Notes: generated by a model from the sequence alone, not told the origin. Shown: positions 19,830 to 29,358, counted from the first letter of the stretch. The stretch: 64,000 nucleotides of DNA from Minisyncoccota bacterium (GCA_036517655.1 DATDVE010000023.1:1358-65357); one strand, 5' to 3'. Numbers and translations: made by a program.

Positions 19830-21922
19830 GTCTCTATCATAAGCAATTTCCCGTCTTTGTGGTAGCCAAGTAGTCCCCAGATCTCTTCGGTCACGAAGGG
19901 CATGAAAGGATGAAGTAATTTGAGAATATCGCAAAGCGCAAAACGCAAAGCGCAAAACTTTTCTGGATCCTTCTCCTTTTTAGCCTCCTCGATATACTTA
20001 TCGGCAAATTCATGCCAGGTGAAGTGATAGAGCTTTTCTGCGGCAAGGTAGAATCGATAGTTATCCATATCGCTCGTTACATCTTTTGTCAGCGCCTCAA
20101 GTTCTGCAAGCAGTTTTGAGTTTTGCGCTTCCGGTTTTGAGTCCCCAGATTCGTTCTCCATAACGAATCTGGCGATGTTCCAGAGTTTGTTAGCAAAGTT
20201 CTTGTAGGCTCTAATCTTATCTTCAGAGAGCGCCAGTGACGTGCCGGGGGTGTTGCCTATAACCAGGCCCATGCGAAATGCGTCAGTGCCGTATTTAGCT
20301 GTGTAATCTAGTGGATTGATTACGTTGCCTTTTGACTTACTCATTTTCTGACCCTTCCCGTCGAGCACCAAGCCGTGAAGGTAGACAGTTTGGAAGGGGA
20401 CCTTGCCTGTAGTGTATAGGCTAAGCATGATCATGCGTGCAACCCAAAAGAAGATAATCTCGCCCGCCGTTTCCATCACATCAGTGGGGTAGAAAGTCTT
20501 GGCATCGCCATCAGGATAGCCGAGCGCAGCAAATGGCCACTGACCAGACGAGAACCATGTGTCGAATGTGTCTGTATCCTGATGCACTGTGCCCCCGCAC
20601 TTTGGGCAAGTAGAGATTTTATTTTCCAGGTCTACGTAACCTTCCCCGCACGAGTCACAGATTTTAGCCGGAATGGGGATGCCCCACACAATCTGGCGCG
20701 AAATATTCCAGTCAAGAATATTTTCTAGCCAATGAGTAGTTATTTTTTCGTAATGGTCAGGTATGTAAGTTATTTCTTTTGCTCGGATTTTCTCAAGTGC
20801 CAGTTTTGCAAGCGGCCGCATTTTCACAAACCATTGCGGCATGACCTGCGGCTCGATAAGTGTGTTGCATTTATAGCAGGTATGTACAGTGTGCTTGTAC
20901 CCTTCGTCAATCTTTTCCACCAAGCCCTTACTCGCGAGCTTAGCCACTATGGCCTCGCGCGCTTTCGATATGTGTTGTCCAGCAAATTCGCCGGCAATAG
21001 GCAGTAGCTTGCCTCGTAGGTCAATTACTTGCTCCATATCTAGATCATGCCGCTTGGCAATTTCAAAATCGGCTGTATCGTGCCAAGGAGTGATAGTCAT
21101 AACGCCCGTGCCAAACTCTTGATCAACTGCTGTATCTTTGATCACTGTCGCCTCAATCTCGCCGTTTATCCACTCTAGTTTAAGTTTTTGCCCATGTTCG
21201 TATTGCTTGTAGCGTTGATCATCTGGATGCATGACTACATACTTATCGCCAAACTTTGTTTCCGGCCTCGATGTGCTGATTGTGAATGGCCCATATTTAA
21301 GATAGTAATATTTTTCTGTGCGTTCCTCGTCTTTGATCTCAAGATCAGAGAAAGATGTTTGATGTTTGGGGCACCAGCTCACAATGCGCTTGCCTCTGTA
21401 AACCAAACCATCGTCATATAGCTTTTTGAAGGTTTTATAAACAGTTTGGACAATGTCTGGATCAAGAGTGAACTTCTCTCGCGACCAATCACAAGATGCG
21501 CCCATGCTCCTAATCTGGGACTTGATATTCTTCGAGTTCTCGAGAGTGAAGTCGAGAATTTCTTTGTAGAGATCTTCGCGGGGGATATCAAATCTGGATC
21601 GACCCTCTTTCTCCAACTTCTTCTCATAAACCACTTGAGTTTCAAATCCGGCGTGATCAAGACCAGGAAGCCAAAGTGTCTTAAATCCGCGCATGCGCTT
21701 ATAACGCGTCATGATATCTTCAATAGTCATAACCAAACCATGCCCAGCATGCAAAGAGCCGTTAGCATTAGTAGGCGGCATCAGAATAGTAAACGCCTCA
21801 CCCGAGCCATAAGGAGCAAATTTGCCAGACTTCTCCCAAAGCGAATATATCCGCCCTTCAGTCTCACTAGGGCTATAAGGCTTGGTTAATTTTTCTGGGC
21901 AATTGTTTTCCTGTGCAGCCAT
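19814..21922 (-). CDS. valS: Valyl-tRNA synthetase (compact, no C-terminal coiled coil)
   Basis: LHAGH, DWNISRQIVWG, DTWFSS, KMSKS. Confidence 0.96.
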   Translation of the reverse strand: MAAQENNCPEKLTKPYSPSETEGRIYSLWEKSGKFAPYGSGEAFTILMPPTNANGSLHAGHGLVMTIEDIMTRYKRMRGFKTLWLPGLDHAGFETQVVYEKKLEKEGRSRFDIPREDLYKEILDFTLENSKNIKSQIRSMGASCDWSREKFTLDPDIVQTVYKTFKKLYDDGLVYRGKRIVSWCPKHQTSFSDLEIKDEERTEKYYYLKYGPFTISTSRPETKFGDKYVVMHPDDQRYKQYEHGQKLKLEWINGEIEATVIKDTAVDQEFGTGVMTITPWHDTADFEIAKRHDLDMEQVIDLRGKLLPIAGEFAGQHISKAREAIVAKLASKGLVEKIDEGYKHTVHTCYKCNTLIEPQVMPQWFVKMRPLAKLALEKIRAKEITYIPDHYEKITTHWLENILDWNISRQIVWGIPIPAKICDSCGEGYVDLENKISTCPKCGGTVHQDTDTFDTWFSSGQWPFAALGYPDGDAKTFYPTDVMETAGEIIFFWVARMIMLSLYTTGKVPFQTVYLHGLVLDGKGQKMSKSKGNVINPLDYTAKYGTDAFRMGLVIGNTPGTSLALSEDKIRAYKNFANKLWNIARFVMENESGDSKPEAQNSKLLAELEALTKDVTSDMDNYRFYLAAEKLYHFTWHEFADKYIEEAKKEKDPEKFCALRFALCDILKLLHPFMPFVTEEIWGLLGYHKDGKLLMIETWPTP

Positions 21923-21978
21923 GTCACCAATCCTAGCAAAATAAGGTCTGTTGTGGTAGCTTTTGGTCGGAGGTTCTC

Positions 21979-22176
21979 ATGGACGAGTCAGTGGCAATCG
22001 AGGTCGCTTGTCCGTTCTGCAAGTCGAAGCACAAGTACGCGCCGGGGGAAATACTCATTTCTGGCGAGTACAAGGATCGCGAGTCACGCGGTGACGAGTT
22101 CCACGATCTTACCAAGATCGCGAAGTGGCGGTACATTCTCTGCCGGGGAGCACTTCGGCACGTAATCGTCATCTGA
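21979..22176 (+). CDS. Small Cys-containing hypothetical protein
   Basis: GGAGG SD; CPFC motif. Confidence 0.6.
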   Translation: MDESVAIEVACPFCKSKHKYAPGEILISGEYKDRESRGDEFHDLTKIAKWRYILCRGALRHVIVI

Positions 22177-22194
22177 CGAAGGGGGGACTGACCC

Positions 22195-22497
22195 ATGCCT
22201 TTTGAGTTTGACGGCCAGCGAAACGCACCGGCCGGTATGTACAGGTCCGAAGTCACTTCGACTGCACCAGGCCACGCTCACAAGTGGGAAGCGACTAAAC
22301 AGTCGGGTCACTACGGTGGACTCTACCGGTGCACGAACAAGGACTGCCGTGCGCTCGGGGAGGACGAACAGACGCGCTTCGGCATCATTGCCCGCGAGTG
22401 CATTGATTGCCGTCGAGTAGCGACGCAGTACAATGGCCAAGACTTCGCGTGTCGCTGGCATGTGAAGAAGGTCTACATAAAGGGGAAGATGAAGTAA
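22195..22497 (+). CDS. Cys/His-rich hypothetical protein
   Basis: AAGGGGG SD; CTNKDC, CIDC, CRWH. Confidence 0.6.
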   Translation: MPFEFDGQRNAPAGMYRSEVTSTAPGHAHKWEATKQSGHYGGLYRCTNKDCRALGEDEQTRFGIIARECIDCRRVATQYNGQDFACRWHVKKVYIKGKMK

Positions 22498-22516
22498 GGG
22501 GCCCTTCGGGGCCCCG
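22498..22516. terminator. GC hairpin between convergent genes
   Basis: ggggccc-ttcgg-ggcccc. Confidence 0.7.
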
Positions 22517-22519
22517 GCG

Positions 22520-23644
22520 TCATTTATACAGTGACAGATTGCCGCTTGCTTTGAGTTCTGCGAAGGCGGAAGTATCAGAATGAAGTAGAAACTCGGGGTG
22601 CAGATATGCTTGTCCTGCGAAGCCTAGGCGAAGTAGGGCTGCGATGCCGATCATGGTGGCATTGTCGCCCGTGAACTTCAGGTCGGGTAAGTGCAGAGCA
22701 ACCTCCCGTGGCTGACTGTCAGCCACGGGGCCGACAGTCAGCCTAAGATGATCACGAATTGTTTTATTAGCTATTACCCCACCGCCGACCAGCAAGCTTT
22801 TGGCTCCGTATTTAGTAATAGCATCAGTTGTTTTCTTGATCAGCACTTCTGTCACAGCCTGCTCGAATTCATGCGCGATTGCTATTTTTTGCTCATCTGT
22901 GAGTTCACCTTTATTTTCTTCTTTAAGTTTTTTTGCTAGATAGAGAACAGCAGTTTTTAAACCAGAAAACGAGTAATCCAAATCGCCCGAATGTAGCATT
23001 GGCCTCGGGAGCGATATTTTGATATTTGGATATTTAGATGTTTCGAAATGAGATGCTAGTCTGGAGATTTCTGGACCTCCTGGATAGGGCAAGCCGAGTA
23101 TGCGCGCAACTTTATCAAACGCTTCGCCTACAGCATCGTCTCGAGTGTTGCCAACCACTTCGTAACTACCCATCTCACGCATTAACACAAGTTGTGTATG
23201 CCCACCTGATATAAGTAATGCAATTGCCGGGAGTTCTAGTTTGCAAATTTCAAATTGCTCATTGCTCATTCGTTTCAGCAAAGCTGAAACGATATGTCCT
23301 TCCAGATGATCCGTGGCAACCAAAGGCACATTCCACTTCATGGATAATCCGCGAGCAAAGTTAATCCCTTCCCAAAGCGCCGGCTCGAGGCCGGGACCAT
23401 ATGTTACGGCAATCAAGTCAACCTTAATTCCTAATTCATTATTCATAATTCGCGCAAGAATCTCCGGCAGATTCTTGGCATGCTCGCGCTTGGCAAGCAT
23501 CGGTACCACCCCGCCCCACTCTTTGTGAACATTTATCTGACTCGAGACTTCGTGTGCAAGCACATCGAAAAGTTTGCCATCGCTAGTCTCAAGTAAAGAG
23601 ATAGCAGTCTCATCGCACGAAGTTTCTATCGCCAGAATTCTCAT
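22520..23644 (-). CDS. tsaD: tRNA t6A synthase subunit TsaD
   Basis: MRILAIETSCDET, HLEGH, SGGHT, GEAFDK, DNA.MIG; start at 23644 because the longer ORF reads through tRNA-Ser. Confidence 0.95.
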   Translation of the reverse strand: MRILAIETSCDETAISLLETSDGKLFDVLAHEVSSQINVHKEWGGVVPMLAKREHAKNLPEILARIMNNELGIKVDLIAVTYGPGLEPALWEGINFARGLSMKWNVPLVATDHLEGHIVSALLKRMSNEQFEICKLELPAIALLISGGHTQLVLMREMGSYEVVGNTRDDAVGEAFDKVARILGLPYPGGPEISRLASHFETSKYPNIKISLPRPMLHSGDLDYSFSGLKTAVLYLAKKLKEENKGELTDEQKIAIAHEFEQAVTEVLIKKTTDAITKYGAKSLLVGGGVIANKTIRDHLRLTVGPVADSQPREVALHLPDLKFTGDNATMIGIAALLRLGFAGQAYLHPEFLLHSDTSAFAELKASGNLSLYK

Positions 23645-23646
23645 AA

Positions 23647-23733
23647 CGGAGGCGGGAGGATTCGAACCTCCGATAGAGTTTCCCCTATGCCAGTTTTCGA
23701 AACTGGTGCCTTCAACCACTCAGCCACGCCTCC
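23647..23733 (-). tRNA. tRNA-Ser(CGA)
   Basis: Long variable arm; loop TTCGAAA. Confidence 0.94.
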
Positions 23734-23800
23734 GCAATTCGTGGCAATTCTACCAGAAAATGTTATATTTGGCTTGCCCCGCGGAGCTTTGGCGGAATGA

Positions 23801-23872
23801 GGCCCTATCGTCTAGCGGTTAGGACACCACCCTTTCACGGTGGGAACCCGGGTTCGATTCCCGGTAGGGTCG
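23801..23872 (+). tRNA. tRNA-Glu(TTC)
   Basis: Loop CTTTCAC; GTTCGATTC. Confidence 0.94.
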
Positions 23873-23878
23873 TTGGTT

Positions 23879-24976
23879 ATGAATCTTAATTTTCAATTCA
23901 CGGCTCATGATGTTTGGCTCTCGCAGCTTGATGATTGCAGGGCCGCTACTTCCAGCATTGATCTTGAAAATTGGATTTTTGCAGACTCGGGGATTGGGCG
24001 GGAGTTCCTGGATGTTTTTTTAAAAAAGGCGAAAGAAGGGATACGGGTGCGTATATTACTTGATATGTATGGGAGTCTGTCAATGTACAAGAATGCTAGT
24101 TTACTTTTTGAATTTAGGAAGTCTGGGATTGAAATTGAATTTTTTAACCCCATTGCTTTCTGGCGATTATACAAATTATTTAGTTGGTTCTCGCGCCGCG
24201 ATCACCGCAAGCTTATTCTGGTAGACGGACGGATTGCTCACATTGGCAGCGCTTGCATAGACGAGAAGATGCGCTCCTGGCAAGAAGCTTCTGTGCGTGT
24301 TCTGGCAAGTGAACCTAGTGAACTTGTGCCTATCGCGGACGCATTTAATTACCTGTGGCACTCGGTTAAACGCAAGACACTTTCGCGCAAGGCGTTCGAC
24401 GTGCCACTTACGCCACGATTAAACTACATCTCAAGCACGCCGCATATTGGCAAGCGCATGATTCACCAAGCGCTAACACGCGCAATACGCAAAGCGCGCG
24501 AAAGTGTGCATCTAGTTACGCCCTATTTTGTACCCACAGAACGTTTGCAGTTTGCGCTCTTCCGGGCGCTCAAGAGAGGGGTAAAAGTCACACTGCTAAT
24601 TCCCGAGAATTCTGATCCCAGAATAGTGAATCTCGCCGCGTATGAATACGCGCGTTCACTTGTGCGCCGCGGAGCGCAAGTTTTGCTCTATCCCACCATG
24701 ATGCATTCTAAATACGCCATCATAGACGGGAAGATAGATAGCGATGGCAGTAGTGGGTGGGGGATGTTGGGCAGTGCGAATCTGGATAACTTGAGTTTAC
24801 TAAGTGATTATGAGCATGTAGTGTCCGGCACTGACCAAGATCTAATTGGGCCACTAATAAACAACTTCAATCTTTTAGCAAAGAATTCCAAACCATTCGG
24901 CGATAAGCAGATGCACCCACCTATCCACGACAAATTACTAGGCCTCCTGGCCCGCCCCATTCACCGGTTCTTATAA
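23879..24976 (+). CDS. Cardiolipin-synthase-like phospholipase D
   Basis: Two HKD motifs (HRKLILVD, HSKYAIID); start at ATG 23879 after tRNA-Glu. Confidence 0.88.
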   Translation: MNLNFQFTAHDVWLSQLDDCRAATSSIDLENWIFADSGIGREFLDVFLKKAKEGIRVRILLDMYGSLSMYKNASLLFEFRKSGIEIEFFNPIAFWRLYKLFSWFSRRDHRKLILVDGRIAHIGSACIDEKMRSWQEASVRVLASEPSELVPIADAFNYLWHSVKRKTLSRKAFDVPLTPRLNYISSTPHIGKRMIHQALTRAIRKARESVHLVTPYFVPTERLQFALFRALKRGVKVTLLIPENSDPRIVNLAAYEYARSLVRRGAQVLLYPTMMHSKYAIIDGKIDSDGSSGWGMLGSANLDNLSLLSDYEHVVSGTDQDLIGPLINNFNLLAKNSKPFGDKQMHPPIHDKLLGLLARPIHRFL

Positions 24977-24979
24977 TTT

Positions 24980-25055
24980 TGGTGGGCGCGCCCAGACTTG
25001 AACTGGGAACCCTCGTCACGTCAAGACGATGCTCTACCAATTGAGCTACGCGCCC
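24980..25055 (-). tRNA. tRNA-Val(GAC)
   Basis: Loop TTGACGT; CCA encoded. Confidence 0.93.
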
Positions 25056-25122
25056 AAGCAATGCGCTTATGCTAGCAAAAAATAGTTGCTTGTGCTAGTT
25101 TGACCAAAGCACGGATCTCTTA

Positions 25123-25494
25123 GTGCAAGAGCGGGAGGACGCGATGGCAGGAGGAGGGTGTGGAGAAGCGGGTGGATTGCCCGCTTCTATCACGCGACCG
25201 ACAGGAATGAAGGATGCGCACTGGTTGAACATCGTGACGCTGGCCGCGGACCCGAAGGTATTCGAAGGCTTATTGCTTGACGTCAAGAAGCTCCGGGAGC
25301 AGGCTGACCGCGTGGCTGAACTCGAAGTGGCTTGCGCCAAGGACCACATCGCCAAGTCGGGGATCGAGGGACTGGCACGCGAGTGGGAGACGAGGTCGAT
25401 GGAGGCGCATGGGAGTATCCACGAACACTTGAAGGCCACTGGACGGGCCTTTGCTACCGCCGCGCGTGAGCTTCGTGCGCTCATCGGCAAATGA
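25123..25494 (+). CDS. Hypothetical protein (start uncertain)
   Basis: GC-rich ORF; C-terminus similar to the unannotated frame at 27847..28074; hairpin 25513..25544. Confidence 0.6.
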   Translation: MQEREDAMAGGGCGEAGGLPASITRPTGMKDAHWLNIVTLAADPKVFEGLLLDVKKLREQADRVAELEVACAKDHIAKSGIEGLAREWETRSMEAHGSIHEHLKATGRAFATAARELRALIGK

Positions 25495-25580
25495 GCGCGA
25501 TCGCTGGACACAGCAGCCGGGGACCCAAGAGGGTACCCGGCTGCGATTCGTTTACAATTTACTTTATCCACACACTCGAC

Positions 25581-25610
25581 TTGCTATGGTGTACGATCGT
25601 ACACCATAAT
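25581..25610 (+). promoter_or_regulatory. lexA promoter with perfect 24-bp palindromic operator
   Basis: TTGCTA...CATAAT overlapping TATGGTGTACGATCGTACACCATA (25585..25608); DnaA-box match TTATCCACA at 25564. Confidence 0.75.
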
Positions 25611-25618
25611 TCTTATAT

Positions 25619-26209
25619 ATGGCGATGAAGGAAGGAAAGAGGAGTTTGGGGGAGGTGGTGGGGAAACTGCGCGGCTTTTATCTTGCTCACAGACGTTTGC
25701 CTAGTTATTCTGAATTTGCCAAGGAAATTGGTGTGCGCTCTAAAAACGCGGTGCTCAAGTGGATGCATAAGTTAGAAGATGCGGGGTTCGTTAAGCAAGA
25801 CTCTCGCGGCAGAATATCTCTGGGCGAGAACTTCGCTGGTGTGCCACTTTTGGGTGTGATTGAAGCGGGTTTCCCCACGGGTGCGGAAGAAGAGGTGCTC
25901 GGTACACTTAGTCTTGACTCATACTTGATCAAAAACCGCGAGGCAACTTATGTGCTCACAGTGAAGGGCGACTCGATGATAGACGCTGGTATCCGCGAGG
26001 GCGACATGGTTATTGTTGAGCGCGGAGTAGAGGCAAAAAGTGACGATATTGTGATTGCAGAAATAGACGGCGCGTTTACGATGAAATACTACCGGAAACG
26101 CGGCAGAGAAGTGTCGTTAGAGGCAGCGAATAAGAAGTATAAAACTATCTTCCCAAAAAATGATTTAAAAATTACTGCCGTAGTACGAGCAGTTATCAGA
26201 AAATATTAG
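25619..26209 (+). CDS. lexA: LexA-family repressor
   Basis: N-terminal HTH (PSYSE..G.RS), AG cleavage site, GDSM serine, catalytic Lys in FTMK. Confidence 0.88.
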   Translation: MAMKEGKRSLGEVVGKLRGFYLAHRRLPSYSEFAKEIGVRSKNAVLKWMHKLEDAGFVKQDSRGRISLGENFAGVPLLGVIEAGFPTGAEEEVLGTLSLDSYLIKNREATYVLTVKGDSMIDAGIREGDMVIVERGVEAKSDDIVIAEIDGAFTMKYYRKRGREVSLEAANKKYKTIFPKNDLKITAVVRAVIRKY

Positions 26210-26304
26210 AGATAATGACGAAATGAGCAATTTGCAATTTGCAAACAATTTTGGAATGGCAGAATGTTTAAAACGAATTAAATCATTATTTCATTGTTTA
26301 CACA

Positions 26305-27549
26305 TTGCAAATTAAACCATTGAATCATTTAGTTCTTCATGTAGACGGCGATGCGTTCTTCGTGGGTTGCGAGCTTACGCGCCGGCCGGACTTGCGGGGC
26401 TTGCCTGTTGTTACCGGCGCGGAGCGGGGGATTGCCTCGGCCATGAGTTATGAGGCAAAAAGACTGGGTGTAACTCGCGGCTACCCAATATTTAAGTTAC
26501 GCAAAGACTTTCCTCAAGTTATTGTGCTGCCAGGCGATTATGAATTATATGAGCAGATGGCTATGCGCATGTACTCAATAATGAGCAGGTTTAGCGACAA
26601 AGTCGAAGAGTACAGCATAGATGAATGCTTCGCCCTGCTTCGTCAAGACTACGCAGGGCAAGCTCGTGAAATTAAAAATACTTTGCAGCGCGAGCTGGGT
26701 ATGACATTCTCTTTCGGCCTTGCGCCTACTAAAGTTCTGGCCAAACTGGCGAGCAAGCGCGATAAGCCAGACGGTTTAGTTTGTGTGTCGCGAGAAAATA
26801 TTGAGCGAGAGTTATATGGCATGAGTATAGAGAAAGTGTGGGGCATTGGCCCGCGCAGTCTGCCGCTATTACATGCTCTGGGTGTGCACACTGTAGGTGA
26901 CTTTGCTGCGCAAAACGAGCAGTGGGTGCGCACACATTGGAATGTGAACTTTCTAGATTTATGGCACGAGATTAGGGGCGAGCAAGTTTACAAAGTAGGG
27001 GAAGGTGATCTTGCTAAACATAAGTCAATTCAAAAGACGCGCACATTCTCGCCCTCTACCAACGATCCCGCAGTGCTTATGGGCCAATTAGCTAAAAATA
27101 TAGAAAACGCATTCGGTTATGCGAGGTCACTTAATCTTGCCGCGAGCGGGGCAAGCGTGTTCATTAAAACAGATAAATTCGGCTACCGGGTAGCCGAATT
27201 TAAGTTCTCTTCACTTACTCAAACCCCGGAACTACTGCTTGCAAAAGTTCGCGAGCGATTACCCAAATTAATCAAAAAGAGCGAGAAATACAGAGCCACA
27301 GGCGTCACTTTGTTGAATTTACTGGAGGTGAGTCCTCCACTTGGAGGTCTCACCTCCAAACCAGATCTCTTCGGCGACTTCGCAAAAAAAGAGAGTCAGT
27401 TAGCTGTGCACCAAGTTGCTGATAAATTATATGAGAAATATGGTGGCAGAGTGCTAACCGTGGGAAGCGCGCTAGCCTCGAGGCACCTAGGCAAAGTGCA
27501 ATCCGCAAGATCAAACCTAGGCCTTCCGTATCTAGGCATTGTGTGCTAG
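26305..27549 (+). CDS. dinB: Y-family DNA polymerase (DinB/UmuC-like)
   Basis: LHVDGDAFF, SYEAK..GV, YSIDE, LAKLAS..KPDG; start uncertain. Confidence 0.9.
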   Translation: MQIKPLNHLVLHVDGDAFFVGCELTRRPDLRGLPVVTGAERGIASAMSYEAKRLGVTRGYPIFKLRKDFPQVIVLPGDYELYEQMAMRMYSIMSRFSDKVEEYSIDECFALLRQDYAGQAREIKNTLQRELGMTFSFGLAPTKVLAKLASKRDKPDGLVCVSRENIERELYGMSIEKVWGIGPRSLPLLHALGVHTVGDFAAQNEQWVRTHWNVNFLDLWHEIRGEQVYKVGEGDLAKHKSIQKTRTFSPSTNDPAVLMGQLAKNIENAFGYARSLNLAASGASVFIKTDKFGYRVAEFKFSSLTQTPELLLAKVRERLPKLIKKSEKYRATGVTLLNLLEVSPPLGGLTSKPDLFGDFAKKESQLAVHQVADKLYEKYGGRVLTVGSALASRHLGKVQSARSNLGLPYLGIVC

Positions 27550-27575
27550 TTTGAAACCGGAAGGAGGTCTCAAGA

Positions 27576-27863
27576 ATGCGTATTCTAGAGAACCTTGCGG
27601 GGCTAGCAGCGCTCGTTACGATCATCGCAGCCTTCATGCGGCTGTGGTCTCTTGTAGTCGCCAGTGCCACTACCATGGTGGCTCTCGAAGTCCTCGACAT
27701 CGCCTTGAGCAGCCACTGGGCATGTTCGAAATGGCCCAAACTCCGGCGCTATCAATTGCCGCAACCGCCAGATGACGAAGCGGGAGTAGCAGTTGTCGGT
27801 CTCGGTCCGCGACCTACAAAGAGGGTTGGAGCAGAAGCCGCAATAAAACCAGAAGACGATTAA
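27576..27863 (+). CDS. Hypothetical protein
   Basis: AAGGAGG SD; hydrophobic N-terminus. Confidence 0.55.
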   Translation: MRILENLAGLAALVTIIAAFMRLWSLVVASATTMVALEVLDIALSSHWACSKWPKLRRYQLPQPPDDEAGVAVVGLGPRPTKRVGAEAAIKPEDD

Positions 27864-28074
27864 CTCAAACGCGGCCAGTGAGGCCAAGGAGCTACTCGAT
27901 CGGACCGATGTCGGCAGGGGTTTTGTGTCCACAGAGAAGATTGAGGCACTGATAAGGGAATGGGGGACTCGCTGCAAGGAGACCTTGGACGGAGTGGTGC
28001 ATGATCGCCTCAAGGGTATGGGAGCCGGGTTCGGCATCGCGGTGCGGGAGCTTCGAGAAATCATCGGCGAGTGA
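27847..28074 (+). pseudogene. Truncated paralog of 25123..25494
   Basis: Frame reads ...KIEALIREWGTRCKE...HDRLKGMGAGFGIAVRELREIIGE*; no upstream ATG in frame. Confidence 0.55.
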
Positions 28075-28087
28075 ATACGTACAATAA

Positions 28088-28117
28088 CGGTCGGAACTCC
28101 AAGTGGAGGACCGACCG
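28088..28117. repeat. REP-like palindrome/terminator
   Basis: cggtcgg-aa-ctccaagtggag-ga-ccgaccg; core is the reverse complement of the dinB insert core cctccacttggag. Confidence 0.6.
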
Positions 28118-28134
28118 CCTTTCTTTTAAGAGAG

Positions 28135-29343
28135 TTACTTCTTTCTTCGCAGAAATGCGGGCATGGCCCAAGAATCGTCTTCTTCCTCTTCCTTCTTTTC
28201 TTCTTTCTTTTCTGTTTTGCCGGCGCGGCTCTGGACCATGCCCATGTCAGAATTTGGAGTCTGGATGCTAGAGACTGGAGTCTGGATGCTAGAGACTGGA
28301 CGCTGGACGCTGGAACTTCTAGCTTCCGATTTACTAGCTTCTATATCTCCAGAGCTGAAGAGGCCCTTCTTCTTGGGTGCTGCTTGTGCACCCCCGAAGC
28401 CCGAAGCTATAACAGTAATCTTGACTGTGCCCTTCTTGAGTCTGTCGTCGTAGAAGGCGCCGAATATGACTCTTGCCTCCGGATCAGCAGACTCGGTGAT
28501 CACTTGCGCCGCTTCTTGGATCTCCATCATTGACAAGTCCTCGCCTCCTGCGATTGCAAAGAGCAGTCCTCGAGCTCCCTCGATCGAGACATCGAGCAAA
28601 GGCGAATTGATAGCGGCGCGCGCCGCGTCCGTGGCCCGATTCTCGCCAGAGCCAATGCCGATACCCATGAGAGCAGAACCAGCATCCTCGAGTACAGCTC
28701 TGATGTCGGCAAAGTCTACGTTGACCAATCCCTTCGAAGTAATTAAATCAGAGATTCCTTCAACTGCTTGCAGCAGTATTTCATCGCAGAGAGCAAAAGC
28801 GGCCGAGACTGTTGTGTTCTTGTCGATAATTTGGAGCAGGCGATCATTAGGAATAACTATAATCGCATCCACTTCACGTGAGAGTTCTTCGAGGCCTTGG
28901 TCTGCAATGCGACTGCGTTGCGCTCCTTCGAATGCAAATGGTTTGGTCACAACGCCGATGGTCAGAATGCCTTGCTCGCGCGCCGCGCGGGCCACAACTG
29001 CAGAAGCACCTGTGCCCGTGCCTCCGCCCATGCCACAGGCGACGAAGACCATGTCCGCGCCCTTGATCACGCCCTGCACGTCCTCGAGTGTTTCTTCTGC
29101 AGCCTTGCGACCTAATTCTGGATTCATGCCCGTGCCCAAACCCCTAGTCAGATTTTTGCCGATGTGTATTTTTTTAGGAGCAAGTGAGTGATGCAAGTCT
29201 TGAGCGTCAGTGTTAATGGCAATAAATTCCACTCCCTTGACTTTGGAGCGAACCATGTGGTTTACCGCATTAGTGCCTGAACCACCCACTCCAATTACCT
29301 TGATGCGCGCGAAGGCCTCAATTTCTGGACTAACTTTTGCCAT
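28135..29343 (-). CDS. ftsZ: Cell division protein FtsZ
   Basis: GGGTGTG, NVDFAD, C-terminal PAFLR. Confidence 0.98.
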   Translation of the reverse strand: MAKVSPEIEAFARIKVIGVGGSGTNAVNHMVRSKVKGVEFIAINTDAQDLHHSLAPKKIHIGKNLTRGLGTGMNPELGRKAAEETLEDVQGVIKGADMVFVACGMGGGTGTGASAVVARAAREQGILTIGVVTKPFAFEGAQRSRIADQGLEELSREVDAIIVIPNDRLLQIIDKNTTVSAAFALCDEILLQAVEGISDLITSKGLVNVDFADIRAVLEDAGSALMGIGIGSGENRATDAARAAINSPLLDVSIEGARGLLFAIAGGEDLSMMEIQEAAQVITESADPEARVIFGAFYDDRLKKGTVKITVIASGFGGAQAAPKKKGLFSSGDIEASKSEARSSSVQRPVSSIQTPVSSIQTPNSDMGMVQSRAGKTEKKEEKKEEEEDDSWAMPAFLRRKK

Positions 29344-29358
29344 ATGGGGAATGATAGC

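Noticed and set aside
23645-23878. N-terminal extensions of the tsaD and cls-like ORFs (also xseA from 58472)
   Set aside because: The extensions read through tRNA genes; starts were moved downstream
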